A stretch of DNA of 64,000 nt. It comes from an uncultured Gemmatimonadales bacterium. GTDB taxonomy: Bacteria; Gemmatimonadota; Glassbacteria; GWA2-58-10. Positions 1-7,725 of this stretch are shown here, piece by piece. Position 1 is the stretch's first letter; the number at the start of each line of letters is the position of its first letter. The stretch lies in NCBI GenBank assembly GCA_964473155.1, contig CAYYNT010000003.1:69839-133838 (forward strand), in the 5' to 3' direction. Made by a program: the position numbers and the translations under genes. Under the pieces are notes generated by a model that saw only the letters and a program-made list of their open reading frames with translations, had not been told where the DNA came from and ran no database searches.

Positions 1-528
1 GTGCGCAGGCGGGTCAGTCCGCACAAGGTTGGCGTCCGCCGCTGGATCGAAGTTCATGAGACCGCGCACCGGATGGGCCTTAAAACCACTGCCACGCTGG
101 TTTACGGGCTGGGTGAGTCTTTCAGGGACATTCTGGTCCACTTGAACAACATCCGTAACCTTCAAGCCAGGACCGGCGGATTCACGGCATTCATCCCCTG
201 GAGCTTCCAGTCTGGAAACACCGGTCTGAAAGCGGCTAAAAGCGGACCGGCGTTGTATCTTCGCGTTATGGCAGTCAGCCGTATCCTGTTGGACAACATC
301 CCCAACTTTCAGGTATCCTGGGTGACCCAGGGGCCGGATATAGCTCAACTGGCGCTGTATTACGGAGCAAACGACTTCGGGAGCACGATGATGGAAGAGA
401 ATGTCGTGCGGGCCGCCGGTTGCAGTTTCAGAATGATGGATGAGAGCGCGATCTCCAGCCTGGTGCGAGGTGCGGGTTTTATCCCGGTGCTGCGGCGTCA
501 GGATTACAGCCGCGTCAGGCAGTTATGA
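1..528 (+). CDS. radical SAM enzyme, MqnC/MqnE (CofH-like) family, C-terminal part; the 5' end lies outside the window
   Basis: Translation contains TGGFTAFIPWSFQ and ...SWVTQGPDIAQLALYYGANDFGSTMMEENVV, the conserved C-terminal region of futalosine-pathway MqnC/MqnE and CofG/H radical SAM enzymes. The ORF starts at the window edge. Confidence 0.6.
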   Translation: MRRRVSPHKVGVRRWIEVHETAHRMGLKTTATLVYGLGESFRDILVHLNNIRNLQARTGGFTAFIPWSFQSGNTGLKAAKSGPALYLRVMAVSRILLDNIPNFQVSWVTQGPDIAQLALYYGANDFGSTMMEENVVRAAGCSFRMMDESAISSLVRGAGFIPVLRRQDYSRVRQL

Positions 529-541
529 CAGGGAGTGCGGC

Positions 542-1474
542 ATGCCTTCTCAAATAAACAAACTGAATATACCGGAAGACTACACCGGGTTCGCCGTGAT
601 CGGCGGCAGCGGAGCATGGAGCTTCTCTCCGGGACAACTGGGGAAAAGGCTTGAAGCATTCAGCGGGATTTGCATCGAGACCCCTTTCGGAGAGGCGGCC
701 GCAATTGATTTTATCAGTCCGGCGGAGGGAGCAGGCTGCTTCGCCTTCATCTCCCGGCACGGGCGTCAGGGTTACCGGATAACGGCATCCGAGGTGAATT
801 ACCGGGCCAATCTCTGGGCGCTCAGAAAAGCAGGCACGACACGCATTTTCGCCTGGAGCGGGCCCGGTGCAATAAACACGCGCTTTATGCCGGGAGAATA
901 TGTTTTGCCGGATGATCTGATCGATCTGACTCGAAACCGGGAAAGCACATTTTTCAAAGGCACGGGTCTCGGGTTTATCCGCCAGAACCCAGTTTTCTGT
1001 CCGCGGATGCGTCCGGTGCTTGCCTCTGCCGTGACTTCGGCCGGATTTGTCGCGCATGACAATGGAGTGTATGCCGTCACCGAGGGACCGCGTCTTGAAA
1101 CCGCCGCGGAGGTGCGCATGATATCCCGCCTGGGCGGCGATCTGGTGGGTATGACTCTCGCGCCGGAGTGTTTCCTGGCCCGCGAGCTGGAGATGTGTTA
1201 CCATCCGCTTTGCTACGTGACCAATTGGGCCGAGGGGGTGCGGGAACTGCCTTACCGCGAGGGAGAATTGTTCGAGGGTATGCTGGAGCCGGAATTGAAA
1301 TCCAGCGTGGAGGCAGCGGTGAACGGGCTGGCAAGCGTGGCCCGCCACGCCGCAATTTCGTTTTCAACACTGGCGAGTGTGAACAGAAATTGCCCTTGTT
1401 CCCGTTCGATGTTGCGTTATCGGAACTCAGGACGCATATCTGGCTCCTGGGAGGAATGGATTCGACCGGAATAA
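542..1474 (+). CDS. MTAP-family purine-nucleoside/5'-methylthioadenosine phosphorylase
   Basis: In-frame ATG at 542 preceded by GGGAG. N-terminal VIGGSGAW, then ISRHGRQGYRITASEVNYRANLWALRKAG and VGMTLAPE, typical of PNP/MTAP-fold phosphorylases. About 311 aa. Confidence 0.7.
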   Translation: MPSQINKLNIPEDYTGFAVIGGSGAWSFSPGQLGKRLEAFSGICIETPFGEAAAIDFISPAEGAGCFAFISRHGRQGYRITASEVNYRANLWALRKAGTTRIFAWSGPGAINTRFMPGEYVLPDDLIDLTRNRESTFFKGTGLGFIRQNPVFCPRMRPVLASAVTSAGFVAHDNGVYAVTEGPRLETAAEVRMISRLGGDLVGMTLAPECFLARELEMCYHPLCYVTNWAEGVRELPYREGELFEGMLEPELKSSVEAAVNGLASVARHAAISFSTLASVNRNCPCSRSMLRYRNSGRISGSWEEWIRPE

Positions 1475-1554
1475 GTTGACAGCCGAAGAAAAATGAGAGA
1501 AAATGTTATATGGCAACATTATCCGGAAATCTCTGAAACTGGAAAGGGATTCGC

Positions 1555-1962
1555 ATGCCGGGCAAAGTTCTTATTCTGATGGGAAGTGAATCTGACCGTG
1601 AGGTCATGTCCAAGGCCGAATCTGTATTGAGCGAGGCGGGAGTGCAGTCAGAAACTCATGTTTCGAGCGCGCACCGTGCTCCAGATGCGACCCGCGAACT
1701 GGTACAGGGCGCCGCGGGCAACGGTTTCAGCGTGATTATCGCCGGAGCGGGACTGGCCGCGGCGCTTCCGGGTTTCTGTGCCTCATTCACCAGGCTGCCG
1801 GTGATCGGAGTGCCTCTTTCTTCCGGCCCGCTCGCCGGTATAGACGCTCTTCTGTCGATTTCTCAGATGCCTCCGGGAGTGCCTGTCGCCACGGTTGGGA
1901 TCAATAATGCAAAGAACGCCGCTTACCTGGCGCTGAGAATTCTGGAGCTGGCGCGTGGTTAA
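1555..1962 (+). CDS. purE: PurE-family (N5-CAIR mutase / AIR carboxylase catalytic subunit)
   Basis: LILMGSESD, SAHRAPD and AGAGLAAALPG...LPVIGVP PurE motifs. RBS GGAAAGGGA. Confidence 0.75.
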   Translation: MPGKVLILMGSESDREVMSKAESVLSEAGVQSETHVSSAHRAPDATRELVQGAAGNGFSVIIAGAGLAAALPGFCASFTRLPVIGVPLSSGPLAGIDALLSISQMPPGVPVATVGINNAKNAAYLALRILELARG

Positions 1963-2650
1963 GCGTTTCCTGTTCATTGACGGCGGCCAGTACCCGGAGG
2001 AATGGATAAGCCTGGCTGCCGAAGAACTTGAACAAGGGGCTGTTGTCGTGCATCCGACCGAGACGGTCCATGGATTCGGTTGCCGTTGGGACTGCCGGGA
2101 AGCCACAGAGCGAATAGTGCGGATTAAAGGAAGAGGCCCGGGGAAATCAATGCTATTCCTTGTCCCGGACCTGGATTGGGTTGAACGCCTGACCACCGGG
2201 TTATCACCTGAATCCATTCGACTTATTGAAATTTTCTGGCCCGGACCGTTGACCCTGGTGTTTAAGGCCTCGGCAGCCGCCAGAAAAGCATGCTCCTGGC
2301 TGGGCGAGACAGTGGCTCTACGGCGCAGCCCTCATGCATTCACCTCCCGGCTCGTCGAACGCCTGAACCGCCCGATGATCTCAACCAGTCTGAACCTGAC
2401 AGGGCAGCCTGTTCCGGAGAATCCTGTCCATTTTCTGAGTGAGGTCCTTCCGTTATCGTCAATCGGGCGGGATTCACTCTCTCTGGAGCTTGCGGTTATC
2501 GACCGTTCGGAACGTGCCGGTCAGAAACATCTTTTGCCATCCAGCGTAGTGCGGCCTGTAAAAAATGGCTATGTTATGCTGCGGGAGGGAGCTGTCAAGG
2601 CGGAGGAAATCGGACGGCTTACCGGGCTTGAACGCATGGAGATTGATTAA
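1955..2650 (+). CDS. tsaC: L-threonylcarbamoyladenylate synthase, TsaC/YrdC/Sua5 family
   Basis: VVVHPTETVHGFGC YrdC signature. GTG start overlaps the purE 3' end by 8 nt. Confidence 0.8.
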   Translation: MVKRFLFIDGGQYPEEWISLAAEELEQGAVVVHPTETVHGFGCRWDCREATERIVRIKGRGPGKSMLFLVPDLDWVERLTTGLSPESIRLIEIFWPGPLTLVFKASAAARKACSWLGETVALRRSPHAFTSRLVERLNRPMISTSLNLTGQPVPENPVHFLSEVLPLSSIGRDSLSLELAVIDRSERAGQKHLLPSSVVRPVKNGYVMLREGAVKAEEIGRLTGLERMEID

Positions 2651-3204
2651 TGTGCGAAAATCACCCGGGAATTGAGAGAAGCGATTCCCGGAAAAAAGTT
2701 TTGTTTGTATGCACCGGCAACACCTGCCGCAGCCCTCTTGCTGAGGCCATACTGAAAAAAAGAATCGCCGGGACGGATATGGAGAACAGATTGGAGGTGT
2801 TCTCTGCCGGTCTCCATGCCCCGGATGGACAACCCGCCACTTTATTGTCGCGTGAAGTGGCGCATGCGCACGGTTTGTATCTGGATGAGCACCGGAGCCG
2901 CGCGCTGACTTGCGAGCTTATCACGTCCGCCGGACTGATAATAGTGATGCAAAAACTTCATAAGGTTATGCTGCAGAAAGAAATATCATCGCAGGGCAAG
3001 GAAATAAGGCTGCTCGGAGAATTCCTGAAGTCAGGCGGAGATAATGCCGATATCCACGACCCGTTCGGCGGAGACCGCCAGACATACGAAAGCTGTTTCG
3101 ATGAAATCAGCCGGGCGGTGGATGGTTTGTTCGAGTATTTAACCGCGGACTGTCAGAATGCGGGAGAAGGTGAAAATGACAGGCCAGGCCCTGTTTTGAA
3201 TTGA
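2650..3204 (+). CDS. low-molecular-weight protein tyrosine (or arginine) phosphatase
   Basis: VLFVCTGNTCRSPLAEA CX5R P-loop; DPFGGD with the general-acid Asp. Start overlaps the tsaC stop (ATTGATTAATG). Confidence 0.85.
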   Translation: MCENHPGIERSDSRKKVLFVCTGNTCRSPLAEAILKKRIAGTDMENRLEVFSAGLHAPDGQPATLLSREVAHAHGLYLDEHRSRALTCELITSAGLIIVMQKLHKVMLQKEISSQGKEIRLLGEFLKSGGDNADIHDPFGGDRQTYESCFDEISRAVDGLFEYLTADCQNAGEGENDRPGPVLN

Positions 3205-3358
3205 CTTAATCCCGGCAGGAACGTACATTACACTGGATCGAACGTCTTAAACAAGTGCCTGCGGGCTTATCTCTGATGGTTTTGATAATCTTTAGAGCAT
3301 GAAACTTTAAGGTCAGGGCGCTTAATCCCTTTTCTCAAGGGGAGAATATACTCGCCAA

Positions 3359-4033
3359 GTGAAAAAGAACCATCTGACCATCATTTTCATGAAAGATACC
3401 CGCAAGCCGGTTACAGTTGAGGTATCGATCAAACTTCTTATAACGGTAGTGGCGTTTATTCTTGTAAGCGCCTCTACGTATGCCTTTTTTATCCGCGGTT
3501 ATCTTAGTCTCAATAATGACAACCAGAAACTCGAACTGATCATACGCTCTCTTAAAACTGATATAGGAAGACTCCAGAACACTATAAACCGTCTTAAATC
3601 CGAGGAGCAGCCCGGCGTAACAAACGGCCCTGTTGCAGATTTGGAGGAGAATCAACAGGACGAAAACGTTGCGGTTGCTCAGGAGTCTATTGCTGTTGAG
3701 AATCTTAACCTCAATAATGATACACTGAGCGGGCAGGCAGATTATTATTTTATCCTTCATAAAATTTCGGAAAATGAGGATGTTGCCCGCGGGTATCTGT
3801 TCCTTGTGCTGAAGGATTCAAAAACAGGCGAAATGAAAGGTTCATTCCCTCCGACAGATTATCGGGGCGGAAAACCGGTCGATTTTCACCGGGGAGACCG
3901 TTTTGCGATCCGTAGATTCAAAGAGTATAAGGGGGTTTTGAAATACTCCAGCCGTCCTGATATTCTGGAAGTGCTGGTCTATTCGGAAATGGGAGAACTG
4001 CTGCTTAATTTCAGAAGAAAGATTCAGAGATAA
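3359..4033 (+). CDS. hypothetical N-terminally membrane-anchored coiled-coil protein, first gene of the bactofilin module
   Basis: Basic N-terminus followed by a TM segment (LLITVVAFILVSASTYAFFI), a heptad-like stretch (LELIIRSLKTDIGRLQNTINRLKSEE) and an unrecognised C-terminal domain of about 120 aa. GC is lower than the flanks. Start is uncertain (GTG 3359 or ATG 3389). Confidence 0.45.
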   Translation: MKKNHLTIIFMKDTRKPVTVEVSIKLLITVVAFILVSASTYAFFIRGYLSLNNDNQKLELIIRSLKTDIGRLQNTINRLKSEEQPGVTNGPVADLEENQQDENVAVAQESIAVENLNLNNDTLSGQADYYFILHKISENEDVARGYLFLVLKDSKTGEMKGSFPPTDYRGGKPVDFHRGDRFAIRRFKEYKGVLKYSSRPDILEVLVYSEMGELLLNFRRKIQR

Positions 4034-4063
4034 AATCAAGATGAGAAATGATGGCGAGGATCA

Positions 4064-4432
4064 ATGTTCAGCAAAAAGGACAAGATAATCATCGACAGCA
4101 TCAGTAGCGTACTGGGAGAATCCACCCGGCTGGATGGGAAACTGGTCTTTTCCGGCACGATGCGGATAGACGGTTCGGTCCAGGGAGAGATAGTCTCCGA
4201 CCAGCAGAAAGGAGTCCACAGTACTTTGATTATCGGAGAAAAAGCCAGGATAAACGGAGATATCCGGGTAGACACGGTAATCAACAGCGGGAAAATATAT
4301 GGTAATGTCACCGCTACTCATCGTGTGGCGATCCATGATCCAGGACTTCTTATCGGCGATGTCGAAACAGCTGAGATCACTGTTGAGGATGGAGTTCTGT
4401 TCAACGGACGCTGTAATATGGTGCGTCATTGA
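4064..4432 (+). CDS. bactofilin (CcmA/DUF583) cytoskeletal protein
   Basis: Repetitive beta-helical pattern VFSGTMRIDGSVQGEIV ... RINGDIRVDTVINSGKIYGNVTA ... IGDVETAEITVEDG, typical of the bactofilin fold. Confidence 0.75.
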   Translation: MFSKKDKIIIDSISSVLGESTRLDGKLVFSGTMRIDGSVQGEIVSDQQKGVHSTLIIGEKARINGDIRVDTVINSGKIYGNVTATHRVAIHDPGLLIGDVETAEITVEDGVLFNGRCNMVRH

Positions 4433-4506
4433 TTAAAATTCACCCCGGCAGCCCGGACACTCAGCGGCATTACGTGCGCCATCCGGCTGTCAAGCAAGGA
4501 GTTCAA

Positions 4507-5232
4507 ATGAGCAGAATTAATCTGGTTCCTGCGCTTTTTCTCGCTGTCCTGATCGCCATAGTTGCAGGTTGCGGGGTTGCACCGCATAAAGAAAAACTGT
4601 CCGAGGTTGAGGACCTTTATCAACAGGGGCAGTATCAGAATGCGATGAGTGTGGCCCGCTATAACCTGAACAACCACGAGAACGAGGCTGCCGCAATAGT
4701 CGTGGTCTGGAAAGTGCAGGTGTTGCAGGGGACGCAGAGTGTCGAATACGTACAGGCCCTGTATAACGAAGCTCAGGCGAGAGTCAAGGAATTCGGACCA
4801 TCCCTGGTCCCTTTCCTTTGCCGCGGTCTGTCCGAGGACCCGTATAACTCGGTCCGGCTGTTCTGCCTTTATGCGCTTTCGGAATTCGAGGATACAACTG
4901 CCGTGAAATGCGTGGCTCAGGTCCTGGACCCGTCCTACGCCCTGGGAGCCAAACCCAGCGACATAACTCTCGAATTCATGCAGACCGAAGCGGCTATGGT
5001 GTTAGGCGCCCGCAAGTACACCGCAGCCTTTGACGGCATTGCCAAGCTGGCTTCCAGCCAGAATCAGGATACGCAGAGTAAAGTAGCCCAAGCTCTCGGC
5101 ATGCTTGGCGATCCGCGGGGAATACCTGTGCTGGAAGTAATAAAAAAGAGTCAGCCACAAACGCGGGAGGGGATGTTTGTGACTGAAATGGCGGATTCCT
5201 CGATCGCCAGGTTGCAGCGCGGCGGGAACTGA
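4507..5232 (+). CDS. lipoprotein with HEAT/PBS-lyase-like repeats
   Basis: ATG 4507 preceded by AAGGAG. Signal peptide with lipobox VAGC. Repeated alpha-solenoid units (...AQVLDPSY..., ...AQALGMLGDPRGIPVL...). Confidence 0.55.
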   Translation: MSRINLVPALFLAVLIAIVAGCGVAPHKEKLSEVEDLYQQGQYQNAMSVARYNLNNHENEAAAIVVVWKVQVLQGTQSVEYVQALYNEAQARVKEFGPSLVPFLCRGLSEDPYNSVRLFCLYALSEFEDTTAVKCVAQVLDPSYALGAKPSDITLEFMQTEAAMVLGARKYTAAFDGIAKLASSQNQDTQSKVAQALGMLGDPRGIPVLEVIKKSQPQTREGMFVTEMADSSIARLQRGGN

Positions 5233-5286
5233 TAAAGAAAGAAGCATTTATGTTGATAAGGGGGCTTCCCGAAGGAAGCCCTTTTT

Positions 5287-6549
5287 TTATTCGGATATTC
5301 TCAGGATATGCGCGCCAAGCCGGGTCAGTTTGGATTCAAGGTTTTCATATCCTCGATCCAGGTGATAGATACGGCTTATCTCACCGCCGCCCTCGGCTAC
5401 CAGTGCGGCCAGAACCAGGGCTGCGCTGGCCCGCAGGTCCGAGGCCATGACCGGTGCGTGGCTCAGATCCGATGGCCCCTGAATGCAAACCTGCTGTCCG
5501 TTTACCTCCATCCGCGCGCCCAGGCGGACAAGCTCGGGAACGTGAAGAAAACGGTTTTCAAATATCGTTTCAGTGAGAGTGCTTTTTCCCTCTGCGCGTG
5601 TCGCCAGAGCGCAGAACTGCGCCTGCATGTCTGTAGGGAAACCAGGGTAGGGGGCTGTACGGATATCAAATGGTTTCAGGCTGCCGGTTCTTGCGACACT
5701 AAGACTGTCCCCTGTGCGCGAGACAGTGACTCCCGTTTTTTCAAGCTCCTGAATCACAGCCTCCATATGTTCAGGAGAACATTCCTCTATCAGTACGTTG
5801 CCGCCCGTTATCGCCGCCGCCACTGCAAAAGTGCCGGCCTCTATTCTGTCCGGAATCACGCGGTGCAAGGCGCCTCCAAGCTCGCTGACGCCGTCAATTA
5901 TTATTTCGCGTTCTCCCGCACCGCTGATCCGGGCTCCCATCTTGTTGAGCAATCCCGCCATATCTTCTATTTCCGGCTCGCGGGCCGCGTTTTCGATTAC
6001 TGTGACTCCCCGGGCCAGGCTCGCGGCTAACATGACATTGATTGTAGCGCCTACGCTTGAACCGCGAGGACCGCTCAGATCGATCCTCGCCCCATTCAAG
6101 CCGCTGGCGCGCGCGTGAATGTAACCGCGCGAGGTGTCGATTCCGGCACCGAGAGCGGCAAGGCCTTTGAGGTGAAGGTCCATGGCGCGTTGCCCGATAG
6201 CGCATCCTCCCGGCAAGCTGACCTCTGCCTGACCTTTGCGCGCCACGAGAGGCCCGAGTACATAGTATGAGGCGCGCATCCGGCGAACCAGCTCATATGG
6301 GGCGGTGACGCCATTGGCATCGGAGGCGTCCAGCTTCATCCAGCCGGGGCCGCGCTCGACAGTCACTCCAAGATTCTGTAGAACCAGGGCCATTGTCCGG
6401 ACATCCATCAGATCCGGGACGTTTGAAAGCTCGACAGGGCTGTCTGTAAGCAGAGAAGCGGCCATCAGCGGCAGGCATGAATTTTTAGCGCCACCTGTGC
6501 GTACTTGTCCTTTGAGCGGTCCTGACTTCTCAATTACGAATTTGTCCAT
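5287..6549 (-). CDS. murA: UDP-N-acetylglucosamine 1-carboxyvinyltransferase
   Basis: Full-length match to the MurA architecture ([17 protein letters not shown] ... active-site Cys in LPGGCAIG ... [10 protein letters not shown]). Confidence 0.95.
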   Translation of the reverse strand: MDKFVIEKSGPLKGQVRTGGAKNSCLPLMAASLLTDSPVELSNVPDLMDVRTMALVLQNLGVTVERGPGWMKLDASDANGVTAPYELVRRMRASYYVLGPLVARKGQAEVSLPGGCAIGQRAMDLHLKGLAALGAGIDTSRGYIHARASGLNGARIDLSGPRGSSVGATINVMLAASLARGVTVIENAAREPEIEDMAGLLNKMGARISGAGEREIIIDGVSELGGALHRVIPDRIEAGTFAVAAAITGGNVLIEECSPEHMEAVIQELEKTGVTVSRTGDSLSVARTGSLKPFDIRTAPYPGFPTDMQAQFCALATRAEGKSTLTETIFENRFLHVPELVRLGARMEVNGQQVCIQGPSDLSHAPVMASDLRASAALVLAALVAEGGGEISRIYHLDRGYENLESKLTRLGAHILRISE

Positions 6550-6570
6550 TCAATTCACCTTTCACAGTCT

Positions 6571-7461
6571 TCAGTCGTTCAGTCTGCAGGCTGTCACAAA
6601 GCGTTCCCGTCCCGAAAGGTCCCGATGAAACGTGACTGCTGACAGTTTGCCGGCATAGCCGGAAAAGATTTGCGCCAGCGCGGAGTGCTGGTTTTCGCCG
6701 GTTTCCAGGGCCAGCAATCCGCCATTTTTAAGACGAGGCACAGCCTGGGCCACAAGCATATTTATCAGCCCGGTCCCGTCCTCTCCGCCACCGTCCAGGG
6801 CTGAAACTGGTTCGAAAAGCCGAATCTCATCCGGCAGGGAAAGCATTTCGTCCGGACTGACATATGGAGGATTGGCCACAACAAGATCAAAAAGCGGCAT
6901 TTCTCTGAATGCGCTCAACAGATCACAAAGGCAGAACGTGACTTTGACGTTTCCCGATAGAAGCATCCGGCTGTTTTTCACGGCCCAGCCCAGCGCAACC
7001 TGAGATATGTCGCTCAGTGTATATTCAGCTTCAGGATGTTCCAGCGCGAGGGACAGACCAACTGCCCCGCTGCCGCAGCAGAGGTCCAGAACGCGGGGCA
7101 GGGGAGAGGCTGCGTTCCCCCCCGCTTTTTTTTGCAGCCATTCCAGCGCCAGGTCCGCAAGCATCTCTGTTTCAGGCCTGGGTATCAGCACACCGGGTCC
7201 GGTATACAGTTCCAGATGCCGGAACTGGGTGCGCCCGGTTATATACTGCAATGGTTCGTGCGCACCCCGGCGTTTCAGGAGAGCACGGCAGCGATCGAGT
7301 TCCGGTTCTGTCAGCGGCCGCTCGTGGTTGAGATACAGCCCCAGGCGGTCGAGACCGAGTACGTGACAGAGAAGCAGTTCTGCATTCCGTCGCGCGCCGG
7401 AGACTCCACGCTCCGCCAGATAAGATTGCGAGAGTCTCAGTATTTCGATGAGAGTTTTCAA
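6571..7461 (-). CDS. prmC: release-factor glutamine N5-methyltransferase PrmC/HemK
   Basis: LDLCCGSGAVG SAM motif and the NPPY motif (VVANPPYV). Confidence 0.9.
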   Translation of the reverse strand: MKTLIEILRLSQSYLAERGVSGARRNAELLLCHVLGLDRLGLYLNHERPLTEPELDRCRALLKRRGAHEPLQYITGRTQFRHLELYTGPGVLIPRPETEMLADLALEWLQKKAGGNAASPLPRVLDLCCGSGAVGLSLALEHPEAEYTLSDISQVALGWAVKNSRMLLSGNVKVTFCLCDLLSAFREMPLFDLVVANPPYVSPDEMLSLPDEIRLFEPVSALDGGGEDGTGLINMLVAQAVPRLKNGGLLALETGENQHSALAQIFSGYAGKLSAVTFHRDLSGRERFVTACRLND

Positions 7462-7608
7462 TCGCGCATTGGTTTGATTTTCAAGATATTGTGCTATTTA
7501 TTTAAAGCGTTATATAGGGCGCATGCGTTTTCTTTTTATTTGTTCCCGGTAATATATAACTTTAAGTTTTCGTGGGCAATCCGGCTGTAAGCCTGTTCGG
7601 GTTTTGTT

Positions 7609-7637
7609 TTGACACATGACATGCAGTGTATTAGAAT
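7609..7637 (+). promoter_or_regulatory. sigma70-type promoter candidate for leuS (TTGACA-17 nt-TAGAAT)
   Basis: Perfect -35 TTGACA at 7609-7614, 17-nt spacer, TAGAAT at 7632-7637, about 90 nt upstream of the leuS ATG. Confidence 0.4.
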
Positions 7638-7725
7638 AGATTCTTCTATAATCTCTTATTAAATCGCTTTATATAAATCCGGCAAGGCCGGGTGGTTAAA
7701 TAATGACCAGATGGAAGGTGTCTGA

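Noticed and set aside
5308-6478. Plus-strand ORFs of 240 aa and 106 aa, and minus-strand ORFs in other frames
   Set aside because: They overlap murA, which has a full-length, unambiguous match.
7462-7725. T-box leader upstream of leuS
   Set aside because: No T-box consensus (AATTAGGGTGGNACCGCG-like) or specifier-loop architecture is present. The region is better explained by a simple sigma70 promoter and a short hairpin.
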